A DNA stretch of 40,432 nucleotides. It comes from Squatina squatina. Taxonomy: Eukaryota. The notes beneath the pieces were generated by a model. That model saw only the letters and a program-made list of their open reading frames with translations, was not told the origin of the DNA and did no database searches. The stretch's first letter is position 1. The number at the start of each line of letters is the position of its first letter. A program made the translations under genes and the position numbers. Below are positions 1 to 11,845 of this stretch, piece by piece. The DNA lies in assembly GCA_031763465.1 (NCBI GenBank), contig JARFOE010000001.1:1013558-1053989 (forward strand), in the 5' to 3' direction.

Positions 1-336
1 AGGCATTGACTCTTGTTCTGTGTATGGCTCCACAGGCATCAGCAGCCTTCTGGTATCATGCAAACTGACCATCCTGCATCAGTGAACTTAGGCAGGGAGT
101 GCTGTCAGGTTATTGGAATGCATCACAGCTGAGCTCAATCCTGCCTCAGTGTCCATCCACATGCACTTTCCAGTAGGGGTGATTGTGTAGAATCAGGATT
201 AGGAACCCTGGGAGATTATTTCCCCCCTACCCCAGGAAACTGCTAAATTGTAGTGCTACACTGGCTAAGATCAGCAAACTTAACAAAGATTTAGTAAGCT
301 TGGGACCTCGGGTCTGCATGGCTTCGTACTGCACCC
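1..336 (-). mobile_element. Decayed tRNA-derived SINE, AmnSINE2-like family
   Basis: Reverse complement reads ...agccatgcagacccgaggtccc...gctgatcttagcc...actacaatt...cagggttcctaatcctgat...cccctactggaaagtgca...ggattgagctcagctgtgatgc..., collinear with the + strand copy at 18325-18617. Family name is from memory of the consensus. Confidence 0.6.
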
Positions 337-874
337 CTAAAGAGAATTTTAGATATCAAAGTTATTATATGTGCTGATGCAAAACTAACGTGGGCAATGA
401 TAAAATTCATGCATTGGAAATATGTACAAGTGTATATTGTATGTGAAGCATAATATACAAGAGAATAGAAAAAAAGCTATGTCTACCAAAAGCTTACTTG
501 TGTGTGGACAACGGGGTGGCCGAGCTTTGAAGCAATGGGTACTCGTGACAATGTTTCCCTTCTTAATTGCACTGTTGGGATGTATTGACCAAGCCAATGC
601 CAAGTGCCTAACTAACTATAAGGAGGGAGACAAATTCAGAAAGCAAGTTGTGCTAATTGTACTGATGCATCCCTTCTAGTGGGTTAGCTCAAGAGTGACG
701 TGGCTAGCGTGCTGGCATGGCAGGTTCACTCTCTCGGGGAATGCAGTGGAGCCCAGGGAAGGTTGAAGGCAGGGCATGAAATAATTTATAAGAATGTGAA
801 CAAAACATGCATGTCTGTTGAGAACGCAGCGAGTGTGTCTGTTGTAATTGATGCAGTCACTGTTTCTTCTGCAG

Positions 875-976
875 GCGGCTGCTAAGTGAGATTAAAAGTC
901 CAAAGTTCCGTGACTACAAAATTAAGATGATGGAAAAAATAAAGAAATACCTCACGTCATCCAAGTGCAGAAGAAA
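875..976 (+). CDS. WRN: Internal coding exon of Werner syndrome RecQ helicase (end of helicase domain into Zn-binding subdomain), phase 2 to phase 2, 102 bp
   Basis: Acceptor tgtttcttctgcAG (873-874), donor GTAAGT (977-982). One open frame from 876: [33 protein letters not shown], aligning without gaps to human WRN as remembered ([33 protein letters not shown], 21/33 identical). NRG1 downstream on the same strand matches known WRN-NRG1 synteny. Confidence 0.88.
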
Positions 977-1029
977 GTAAGTGTTTTGTTGTAATTACAC
1001 ACTGTTTTATCGATTTTCTATGCCGCTCA

Positions 1030-1340
1030 GTGCCAGCTTGGCTCAGTTGATAGCACTCTCATCTCTGAGTCAGAATGTCATGTGTTCAAGCTCCACGTCA
1101 GGACTTAAGTGCATAATCAAGGCTGACATTTCAGTGTAGTACTGAGGGAGGGCTGGATTGTTGGAAATGCTGTCTTTCAAGTGGAACGTTGAACTGAGGC
1201 CCAGTCTGCCTTCTCAAATGGGAATAAAAGATCCCATGGAGCTATTAGAAGCGCAGGGAGCTCTCCCGATGATCTGGCCAACATTTACCCTTCGACCAAC
1301 ATCCTTGATTAAGCAGTCATTTATCTCATTGCTGTTTGTG
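1030..1340 (+). mobile_element. DeuSINE (SacSINE1/AmnSINE1-type), 3'-truncated
   Basis: tRNA-like head with A-box TGGCTCAGTTG and B-box TGTTCAAGCTC, then Deu-domain-like gctgtctttcaagtggaacgttgaactgaggccc...aaagatcccatgg...tctggccaacattt. Collinear with 38398-38849. Confidence 0.8.
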
Positions 1341-1344
1341 CCGA

Positions 1345-2353
1345 TCTGTCCTTGCCCATCTTTCCCACAATTCCATGTTTGAACCCCTCCAATCTGGTTT
1401 CAACCCCTACCACGGCACTGAAATGACCCTAATCAAAGTCAGAAATCACATCCTCTGTCACTGTGACCAAGGTACACTATCCCTCCTCATCCTTCTCAAC
1501 TTCTCTGCAGAAGTTGTCACGGTCAACCACACCATCCTCCTTCTCCTCTTTTTTGTCCAGCTCAATGGACCCACCCTCCGTGCAGTTAGCTCGAGTTCCC
1601 CAAGGATCGATTCTTGGGTCCTTCCTACTTCTCATTTGCATGTTGCCCCTCGCGGACATCATCCTAAGCTTCCACGTGCACGCTGACAAGACCCAGCTCT
1701 ACATCACTACCAAGCCTCTCGACCACTGCTGCCTTCGTTGTCAGATTGCTTGTCCGAAATCCAGTCCTAAACGAGCTGAAATTTCCTCCAATTAAACATT
1801 GGTGAGACCGAAGCCATTGTCTTCATTCCCTGCCGCAAACTGTGTTTCCTCACCACTGATTCTATTCCACTCCCTGGCCATTGTCTCAGGCTGAACCAGA
1901 CTGTTCACAACCTCTGCATCCTATTTGATTCTGAGCTGAGCTTCCTACCTTGTTTCCGCTCCATCGCAAAGACTGCCTATTTCCACCTCCGAAACATTGC
2001 CTGTCTCCGCCTGCCTCAGCTTACTGCTGCTGAAACCCTAATTCCTGCTTTTGTTACCTCTAGACTCCACTATCCCAATGCTCTCCCATTTTTAACCCTC
2101 CATGAATCTGAGCTAATCCAAAACCCTGCTGCCTGCACCAGGTTCTGCTCATCCATTACCCTTATGCTTATTGACCTACATTGGCTCCTGGTGCACCATT
2201 GCCTCGGTTAATTTTTCATCCTTGTGTTCAAATCCCTACATGGCTTCACCATTCCCTATCTCTGTAACCTCCTTCAGACCTAAAGTCCTCCAAGAACTCT
2301 TGGTCCCCGCCAACTCTGGCCTCTTGTGCATTACCACTTCCTTCGCCCAGCAT
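1345..2353 (+). mobile_element. L2-clade LINE ORF2 (reverse transcriptase) relic, frameshifted
   Basis: Peptides PLQSGFNPYHGTEMTLIKV...SLLILLNFSAEVVTVNHTILL and VPQGSILGSFLLLICMLPLADII..SFHVHADKTQLY are degenerate versions of the L2 RT motifs QSGFR.HSTETAL, LLDLSAAFDTVDH, GVPQGS.LGP and YADDTQLY. C/T-rich sense strand. Confidence 0.85.
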
Positions 2354-2453
2354 NNNNNNNNNNNNNNNNNNNNNNNNNNNNNNNNNNNNNNNNNNNNNNN
2401 NNNNNNNNNNNNNNNNNNNNNNNNNNNNNNNNNNNNNNNNNNNNNNNNNNNNN

Positions 2454-2994
2454 GTTCAGTGACAGGAAGCAGAGGGTGGTGGTGGATGGATGTTTTTCAG
2501 ACTAGAAGGTGATTTGCAGTGATGTTCCCCAAGGTCAGTTTTGGGCCCATTACTCTTTTCAATTTTTAGAAACGACCTATACTCGGGTGTCGGGAGCAGC
2601 ATTATAAAGTCTGATAAGAATGATGATAAGAAATTTGCAAAGTAGTAGATAGGCTTCAGGCTGATGTAGGCAGGGCAGTGAAATAAGTAGAAGCATGGCA
2701 GATGGAGTTCAATGCGGAGAAGTGTGAAGTGATGCACTTTGGGAGGATTAATATGGAAAGACAGTATACTGTAAATGAACTTATTGAAAAGTGTAGATAA
2801 GCAGAGAGACCTTGGTGTCCATATACACCAATTCTTTAAGGTGGCAGGGCAAGTTGATTAGGTGATCAAAAAGCACATGGATTAGTTGGGTTTATAAATG
2901 GATGAATAGAATATAAAAGCAGAGATCATGCTAGAATTTATAAATCAGTCGTTAGGCCTCAGCTGGAGTATTGTGGACAATTCTGGGCATCACA
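2454..2994 (+). mobile_element. CR1-clade LINE ORF2 fragment
   Basis: Encodes, with disruptions, QRVVVDGCFSD, DVPQG, WQMEFNAEKCEVMHFG, QRDLGV and LYKSVVRPQLEYCGQFW, all typical CR1 ORF2 motifs. Confidence 0.88.
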
Positions 2995-3094
2995 NNNNNN
3001 NNNNNNNNNNNNNNNNNNNNNNNNNNNNNNNNNNNNNNNNNNNNNNNNNNNNNNNNNNNNNNNNNNNNNNNNNNNNNNNNNNNNNNNNNNNNNN

Positions 3095-3300
3095 AGTTTA
3101 ATGGGCAATTAATGTGCAACTGCAGAAACTTCGTGAATCTCATGATGCGCGTGATGCCATTTTTGCGTTATACAGCAACCTGTGGCGATTCGCAATTCAC
3201 TGAGTATCTCTTCCTCGCTACAAGCTCCTGACTAATTTGCATATTGATAACGGTGTGCGTTGTTCAGATGCTGTCATTTTTTTTCCAGCAAATCTGGCCC
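3095..3300. mobile_element. Probable end of a non-autonomous DNA transposon (MITE)
   Basis: CpG-containing segment next to a gap that ends in ...ttccagcaaatctggccc, a GGGCCAGATTT-type terminus on the minus strand. The partner TIR is not visible. Confidence 0.35.
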
Positions 3301-3323
3301 AGCCATTTCTAAATAAAGATTTG

Positions 3324-3984
3324 TGTAAGGATTGGCCTTTTATGGATTTTGTATTGTTAGTTGGAGAATTGTTAATATGCCATTTTGTTAGTGTTTATTG
3401 TTGTTGTTATTGTAACCAGTTAAATGAAACTGTTTGTTTGTGAATTTTGCTGTGCTGTATAAATGGCTGGGTGTGTACGGAACATTCCAGAAACTGAACT
3501 CGAACACCTGTGAAAGTAATAAAGCAGGAAACCACTTGTAAGGGATTCAAGTGTTCTACCCGGAGACAAGGAACAACCAATCAAAACGGTGCAACTGTTG
3601 AGCTGCCTGGAAAGTGCTGCAACCAAGGCTATTGCCAGTTGTCTTACCAAATAAGGCAATGGCGGGAAAACTATCGATTTATGTTTCAGGGTATAAAGGA
3701 CAGAAGAAGCCAGCCCAAGAGAGGGGAAGCCAGCCCAAGACAGAGGAGCCCAGCTCAGGACAGAGAAGGAAAGGAGGCAGGACAAGAGACTATGCCAGCA
3801 AGATTTGGGGAAACTGGAGCTGAGTTTGCTTTTACCTGTTGCCTTGATGAGTAGTGCTTTTGTTACATTATCTTAAATGTACTCAATAGAGGCTTTTGCT
3901 TTAATCTAAAGTGCAGAGTCTGTACCTTTGTAGGTCTCGTGTTAGGTCAAGAACCCACCGTGAGATTAGTAGAGAATTTTTACA
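3324..3984 (+). mobile_element. Candidate solo LTR
   Basis: Begins TGTAAGGATT and ends AATTTTTACA (8/10 inverted match, TG...CA). Internal CCAAT (~3577), TATAAA (~3692), then purine-rich repeats (gaagccagcccaaga x2). No target-site duplication found. Confidence 0.4.
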
Positions 3985-5488
3985 TCTCACAAAAGTTATC
4001 AGTGCTGATACAAATTGTATAAGGGATATTTCCCAAGAGCAGGATAACTTTAAAAAAAAAATGAACAACTGGCAACCCAGTGTTCAGATGCTGTCATTTT
4101 TCTCCAGCAAAATCTGACCCAACCGTTGTTATATAAAGGTTTTAAACTGGACCTTTTTCCCCCTCTCCCACTTTTAATTCTTTTTGATTTTCCTGTACCT
4201 TGGCCATCCACTCCCATGGAAAGGCTGGACAAGTAACCCGTACTTCCTTGTGCCTTTTGGTCTTGCTCTTGAGGCAGCCGTTGGGAGATTCAGGAGAGCA
4301 GCCTGGGGTCTGTTCTTTGCATACCCACAGAGAAATGTGTGATTTGTGCTCTGTGGCCCCCCCCGCTGACTACACAAGTGGGGCCAGAACTCATAAGCTG
4401 TAAAACAGTGGGCCATAAACCACCTCCTACCTCAGTGACAGAACATATTCTACTTCACTGTCTTGTCCTTGAATCTGAACATGGAATTGGTACAGATTTT
4501 AGATCACCTTGCAGAATAGATGGGACCTTAATAAAAGATCATGTCATTAATTTAAAGAAGGGTGTGGCACCATGTTGTTACTACAGACAGCGTGCACCTA
4601 CATACAGATGGGTTTTAAGGCAGTATTCATTTTAACTTACAGACAGCTGTATGATTGCCAGATTAACAATTGTTGTGTCAGCTCCCCTTTTAATATACAA
4701 CAATGCTCTAGTCTGTAATGTCATGAGCAACTCACTGTCCAGCCTCTAAAGCAACCTGGTAATCTTGAAAGAGAGATGTGTTTATACTTTTTCATTATTT
4801 CACATGGTACTTGGGAGACATCACAAACTGGACAGAAGGAAAACTTGAGTAGGTTGTGAATAGGAGACATCATAAGGCCCTCACACCCCTTGATCTAAAG
4901 TTAGTTCAGGACATGAATACAACTAATACTGCTGCAAGCAGTATTTTGCACAAAACAGAACTTACTGAACCTCACAGAAGATGGCACTGACAGGAATGGT
5001 TGCCAAAAACACATCCAAACTAAGAGATTGCAAATATTTTGAGAACCAGCTCCCAATTGTTTGCACTGTTAAAATTGGGATTACAAGCTTCTCTCCCTGT
5101 TTACTTCTCTGATTTATATTGTGCATCATCTGTAAAACAAAGTAATGAAGAATAAAAAAGGAGAAATTGATGTGATGGCTGCTATCAAAGTGTCACTACA
5201 GGATGACTTTTTTAGCACTCACATTACATTTGTAACAACTTAAATGCTCTAATTTGATTGATGTGAATGTTTTAAACGTTGCACTTCTGCAAGAGACTCC
5301 CAGCACATAAATGAACTATTCCTTTTGTATAATTTACTTCACTGAACAAGAGCAGTTTGTCAAGTTAGCATCTCTATTGCATTTCAAANNNNNNNNNNNN
5401 NNNNNNNNNNNNNNNNNNNNNNNNNNNNNNNNNNNNNNNNNNNNNNNNNNNNNNNNNNNNNNNNNNNNNNNNNNNNNNNNNNNNNNNN

Positions 5489-8024
5489 TGCCCGATTTAC
5501 ACATTGCCCGAATTACACAGTGCCCGATTTACCTATTGCCCGATTTACACAGTGCCCGATTTACACTATACCCGATTTACACATTGCTTGATTTACACAG
5601 TGCCCGATTTACACATTGCCTGATTTACACAGTGTCTGATTTACACATTGCCCGTTTTACACATTGCCCAATTTAAACAGTGCCCTATTTGCACCTTGCC
5701 CGATTTACACCTTGCCCGATTTACACAGTGCCCAATTTACACACCGCCCGTTTTACACAGTGCCTGATTTACACAGTGCCCGATTTACACTGTACCCGAT
5801 TTACCCAGTGCCCGATTTTCCCATTGCCTGATTTTCCCATTGCCTGATTTACCCATTGCCCAATTTAACAGTTCCTGATTTACACATTACCTGATTTACA
5901 CAGTGCCCGATTTACACATTGCCCGAATTACACAGTGCCCGATTTACCTATTGCCCGATTTACACAGTGCCCGATTTACATTGTACCCGATTTACACATT
6001 GCCTGATTTACACAGTGCCCGATTTACCCATTGCCCGATTTACACAGTGCCCGATTTACACAGTGCCCGATAATCACAGTGCCCGATTTACACATTGCCC
6101 GTTTTACACTGTGCTCGATTTACAAAGTGCCCGATTTACACACCGCCCGTTTTACACAGTGCCCGATTTACACAGTGCCTGATTTACACACCGCCCATTT
6201 TACACAGTGCCGGATTTGCACAGTGCCCGATTTACACATTGCCCGTTTTACACAATGCCCGATTTGCACAGTGCCCGATTTACACATCGCCTGTTTTACA
6301 CAGTGTCTGATTTACACAGTGCCTGATTTACACATTGCTATTTTGCACACTGCCCGATTTACACAGTGCCCGATTTTCACACTGCCTGTTTTACACAGTG
6401 TCTGTTTTACACAGTGCCTGATTTACACACCGCCCATTTTACACAGTGCCCGATTTACACAGTGCCCGATTTACAAATTGCCCAATTTGCACACCGCTCG
6501 TTTTACACAGTGCCCGATTTACACAGTGCCCGATTTACCCATTGCCCAATTTACACATTGCTCGATTTACAAAGTGCCTGATTTACCCTTGCCCGATTTA
6601 CACAGTGCCCGATTTGCACATTGTCCGATTTACGCAGTGCCCGATTTACACAGTACCCGATTTACCCATTACCCGATTTTCACAGTGCCCGATTTACCCA
6701 TTGCCGATTACACAATGCCCGATTTACCTATTGCCTGATTTACCCATTGCCCGATTTACACAGTGCCCGATTTACCCATTGCCTGATTTACACATTACCC
6801 GATTTACACAGTGCCCGATTAACACAGTGCCCGATTTACACACCGCCTGTTTTCCACAGTGTCTGATTTGCACAGTGCCTGATTTACACACCGCCCATTT
6901 TACACAGTGCCCGATTTACACAGTGCCCGATTTATAAATTGACCGATTTACACACCGCTCGTTTTACACAGTGCCCGATTTACACAGTGCCCGATTTACA
7001 AATTGCCCGATTTACAACTTGCCCGATTTACACAGTGCCCGATTTACACATTGCCCGTTTTACAAATTGCCCGGTTTACACACTGCCCGATTTACACAGT
7101 GCCCGATTTACACATTGCCTGTTTTACACAGTGCCCAATTTAAACAGTGCCCGATTTACACAGTGTCCGATTTACACATTGCCCGTTTTACACAGTGCCT
7201 GATTTACACAGTGCTTGATTTACACATTACCCGATTTGCACAGTGCCCGATTTACACATTGCTCGAATTACACAGTATCCATTTTACACAGTGCCCGATT
7301 TACACAGTGCCCGATTTACAAATTGCCCAATTTACACACCGCTCGTTTTACACAGTGCCCGATTTACACAGTGCCCGATTTACACCTTGCCCGATTTACA
7401 CTGTGCCCGATTTACACAGTGCCCATTTGACACCTTGCCCGATTTACACCTTGCCCGATTTACACAGTGCCTGTTTTACACAGTGCCCAATTTAAACAGT
7501 GCCCGATTTACACCTTGCCCGATTTACACAGTGCCCGACTTACACAGTGCCCAATTTACACACTGCCCGTTTTACACAGTGCCCGATTTACACAGTGCCT
7601 GATTTACACATTGCCCGATTTGGACAGTGCCTGAATTTGCACAGTGCCCGATTTACACAGTGGTCGATTTACACCTTTCCCGATTTACCCATTGCCCGAT
7701 TTACCCATTGCCCGATTTACACAGTGCCCAATTTTCACATTGCCCAATTTACACATTGCCCAATTTGCCCATTGCCCGATTTACACAGTGCCCGATTTAC
7801 CCATTGCCCGATTTACCCTTTGCCCAATTTACACAGTGCCTGATTTACACAATGCTCGATTTACAAAGTGCCTGATTTACCCTTGCCCGATTTACACAGT
7901 GCCCGATTTACACATTGTCCGATTTACGCAGTGCCCGATTTACACATTACCCGATTTACCCATTACCCGATTTTCACAGTGCCCGATTTACCCATTGCCG
8001 ATTACACAATGCCCGATTTACCTA
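5489..8024. repeat. Satellite array, 16-bp unit TGCCCGATTTACACA(G/T), about 158 units, open at both gap ends
   Basis: Direct reading. It explains all the CPIYTVPDLHSARFTQ-type ORFs (3 units = 48 bp = 16 aa). Confidence 0.97.
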
Positions 8025-8124
8025 NNNNNNNNNNNNNNNNNNNNNNNNNNNNNNNNNNNNNNNNNNNNNNNNNNNNNNNNNNNNNNNNNNNNNNNNNNNN
8101 NNNNNNNNNNNNNNNNNNNNNNNN

Positions 8125-8332
8125 TAATCCCAATCTAATCCAGGATATAAACTTCAATATAATCCATGATATCAACTCCAATAGAATTCAGGATATAAAC
8201 CCCAATATAATCCAGGATATAATCCCAATATAATCCAGGATATAAAACCCACTATAATCCAGGATATGAACCCCAATATAATCCATGATAACCTCAATAT
8301 AATCCAGGATATAACCCCAAAATAATACAGGA
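8125..8332. repeat. Minisatellite, ~24-bp unit ATAATCCAGGATATAAACCCCAAT, 8-9 copies
   Basis: Direct reading; starts at a gap edge. Confidence 0.92.
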
Positions 8333-9689
8333 TCGCCTATCTCACAGCTTGTAGATACTGCCATTTTTGAGGCCTTTGTTTCCTGAGAGTAAATGGCTTT
8401 AGGGATGTGCGGAGGACCTTTGACTTTAAATGAGATAAGCTTTCCAAAATTCATCCCCAATCTGAAGCTGAGCTTTGCTCTAAACTCGGTTTAGCTCCTT
8501 CTGATTGAATTTGGCCCAGGCTAATTCGTACCATTTGGGATGTCAATGCGTTGGGATTTGCTGCACATCCTTAATATGCTTATCTGGGCTTTAATGGCCA
8601 CCTGGGCTCAGCCATATGTGCTTTGGTGCAGCTCTTAGCAGCCAGATTAAGTATGAATTTTCACTCAAGACAACCGTTAAGATTTAGCACCCTTCTGTCT
8701 CCAGATGACACAGTCATGCCTCTTGCCTCTTCGTGGGGAACCTAGTGCTTCAGTCTTGCAGCAGCTGGTCTAAAGTGCAACTATAGGGTAGTTTTTTTCA
8801 TTATATACGAAAGTTAAGTTTTAAATTCATTCCGCAAAATTGAGCAAGGACCCGGGAGCAGGTTGCATTCCTATTGCCATTGGTTTTATAATGATATGTG
8901 ATACCCACAAGCCCAGGAGCAAGAAGANNNNNNNNNNNNNNNNNNNNNNNNNNNNNNNNNNNNNNNNNNNNNNNNNNNNNNNNNNNNNNNNNNNNNNNNN
9001 NNNNNNNNNNNNNNNNNNNNNNNNNNNTTAATCTTATTAAACACAATACGGTTGAGCCCGAAAAACGTGTGTCCGAGTCTGATCTGTCCATATAATCCCT
9101 ATCGCCCAGAACTTGTAGTAAGAGGTGCGTTTTCAGTACGCCCGAGAAAACCACTTACAATTTGCAGCATTCTCTATTTTTATTTCAGATTCCAGCATCC
9201 ACAGTATTTTGCTTTTGTATTAGTGTTAAAGCATGTTTGATTCTGTTGTGTAGCTACAATGCAGCTAACAAAGGCAGCAATAACCAGCACATTTGCACAA
9301 AGAATATTCGTAAATTGAAAAAAATGAATCTGCCGTTGATTTATTATTACTACACAATAAAATGCATTCAGGTTGAAAGTGTGTTGCAGGAGGATGAAAT
9401 TACAGGGAAGTTCAAAGACAGAATGAAATGGGTAACCTTCAATTAGCATTTACAGCTTCAGCTGCTCTGCACCCTGGCCTTTATTAACTAATACAAAGAT
9501 ACTAACAATAAGATCATTAAGATTCCATTTTATTTTTTTGATATCTGCTTACACTCCAACAATTCCTCTTCTCTAACTCCCTCTAGAAAACTTCTCTGTT
9601 ACTTCAAAACACACAATTATGCACACTGTTAATTATGCAGTACGTCAAAAATAAATGTCAAGCAGTTCCTCTATTGTAAATAATTCCTC

Positions 9690-10070
9690 CTCAGCCATCC
9701 CCCAGCAAAATGGCAACTCACGATGGGGTAGTTTCACCAGTCCAGTACTGCACCTGGCCATTCTTCATGTGGGAGCCCAAATACTGTGTAGATTGGCTAT
9801 TCATGCTTGGAAGGCATCATTCATTCACCCAATTCTATCTTCGTTTATGCACTTTTGATTCGGGTTACGAAATAACAAAAATACAGTTGGAGCCTTGGCT
9901 AATTTTTTCCCTTCATTAGATAAAGGGACAAATGTCAATTTTTGCATGTACCACTGTCTCACTTCAAATTAGCGAACTTAGCACAAGCCTGGGATCAAAA
10001 TGGGATCTGCTTGGTTGCTATGTCTTAAGTACACCAGTCGATGCATTTATTCACTGAACTATTGAGAGGT
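9690..10070 (-). mobile_element. Decayed AmnSINE2-like SINE (head at ~9945-10068, 3' part at ~9690-9805)
   Basis: Reverse complement gives atagttcagtgaataaatgcatc...ttgatcccaggcttgtgctaagttcgctaat (head), and ggccattcttcatgtgggagcc pairs with ggctcccagatgaaaaatgac in the 18325-18617 copy. Confidence 0.5.
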
Positions 10071-10309
10071 CCCAAATAATTACACAGAGTTTTCAGCAGC
10101 TGCCCTATCTAGACAGACTCAAGCGATCTTGAAGAAAAGATGGACATTACCATAGTGGCTAGACTAATGTACACAGAGTAATAAACTTGAATCAGTGTTA
10201 GCTCAACAGGCCGACAATCATAGCTGTGATTAGCATTTTGCTGATCATATATTGGAAGTCAAGCTTCAAACTGGAGACAATAATTTTTGTTTGGCAGGAA
10301 GGGGATTGA

Positions 10310-10652
10310 GTATAGAACAGCAGCAGACCATTGAGCCCCTCAAGCCTGTTCAATTAGATCATGGCTGATCTGTGTCTTAACTTCATCTACCCTCCTTGGT
10401 TTTGTAACCCTGATTACTCTTGCCTAACAAAAATCTATCAATCTCAGATTTGAAATGTTCTACTGATTTAGCTTCAAAGGCTTTTTGGGGGAACAAGTTC
10501 CAAATTTCTACCACCCTTCGTATGAAGAGGTACTTCCCTACATCACCTTTGAACAGCCTAGTTCAAATTTTAAGATTCTGCCCCCTTGTTCTGGACTCCC
10601 CCACCAAAGGAAATAGTTTCTCTCTATCTACCCAATCAAATCTGTTCGTCAT
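10310..10652 (-). mobile_element. CR1 LINE 3' end
   Basis: Minus-strand peptide FDWVDREKLFPLVGESRTRGQNLKI plus the CR1 3' UTR (gatcagccatgatctaattgaa...ggggctcaatggtctgctgctgttcta). Confidence 0.88.
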
Positions 10653-11409
10653 NNNNNNNNNNNNNNNNNNNNNNNNNNNNNNNNNNNNNNNNNNNNNNNN
10701 NNNNNNNNNNNNNNNNNNNNNNNNNNNNNNNNNNNNNNNNNNNNNNNNNNNNCACGGGCATTTAGCGGCAGCAGTAACCTGGAGCGTCCCGCTCCGCTGT
10801 GTAAGGTAGGACCTACAAAAAAGGGTTAAAACCCTTTTCCTCGGACACAACTTAAAAATACAGAGAGAAAATGGCTGACAAGCCAAACCGAGAGATGGTC
10901 TCGAGCTTGCAGCTGCGAGAATAGACAGTAAATAAGCAGAGATAAGGGAACTCAGTCTTAAGGTCTAACATAAGAACAGCAATTTGTTTTGGGATGCCCT
11001 TTAAGTAAGTGTGTTGGTTTAATGGCCGTGCGCAGCCTTACTGGAGAGGTGATGCAATAGTATAGGCTTCTCCTGATCATCTTGGTTTGTCTTCTAATTA
11101 GGTGTCTCAAGTATAAAAATGGTGGCACGATATTTTGATAACTTAAATTTGACTTGCAGGAAGGGGGATGGCAGATTGAAATCCATCAACGATGTACTTT
11201 GACTTGTTTGTATGTCCCATAATCGTTTGTAGTGTCAGCTGGAAAGAATTCTCCAGGCTGGAGGTTGTAATTTCTAGACTCTTCCATATTAGGAAGAGCT
11301 GTGAGACTGCTGGAAGGGAATGAGGAGACGAGTCTGAACGCTTTCAATTGACTAACAGAATGCTTGTAAATTGCTCGAATTAGTGGTATCAATTATTTCC
11401 GGAGCTCTG

Positions 11410-11845
11410 TTTAGAATCATACGGCACAGAAGGAGGCCATTTGGCCCATTGTGTCTGCGATGGCCGACAAAGAGCGATCCAGCCTTATCCCACGTTCCAG
11501 CTCCTGATCTGTAGCCCTGTAGGTTACAGCACTTCAAGTGCATATCCAAGTACTTTTTAAATGCTATGAGGGTTTCTGCCTCTACCATCCTTTCAGGCAG
11601 TGAGCTCCAAGCCCTCACCACCCTCGGGGTGAAAAGATTTCTCCTCGACTCCCCTCGAATCCTTCTACCAATTACTTTAAATCTATGCCACCTGGTTATT
11701 GATCTCTCTGCTAAGGGCAATAGATCATTCCTACCCACTCTATCTAGCCACTCACAATTTTATACACCTCAATTAAACCTCCCCCCTGGCTCCTCTGTTC
11801 CAAAGAAAACAACCCCAGCCTATCAAATCCTTCCTTATAGTTAAA
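11410..11845 (-). mobile_element. CR1 LINE 3' end
   Basis: Peptides DRLGLFSLEQR..GGLIEVYKI and RRNLFTPRVVRAWSSLPERMVEAETLIAFKKYLDMHLK, followed by 3' UTR gggccaaatggcctccttctgtgccgtatgattcta. Confidence 0.92.

Noticed and set aside
927-976. [16 protein letters not shown] as an alternative NRG1 first exon
   Set aside because: Donor is phase 2, out of frame with the phase-1 Ig exon; the frame extends upstream to an acceptor and matches WRN.
5489-8024. CRISPR-like or iteron-like array
   Set aside because: Units are head-to-tail with no unique spacers, and the context is vertebrate.
5311-8233. Many overlapping Cys/His-rich ORFs up to 235 aa
   Set aside because: They are translations of the 16-bp satellite in all three frames; no coding evidence.
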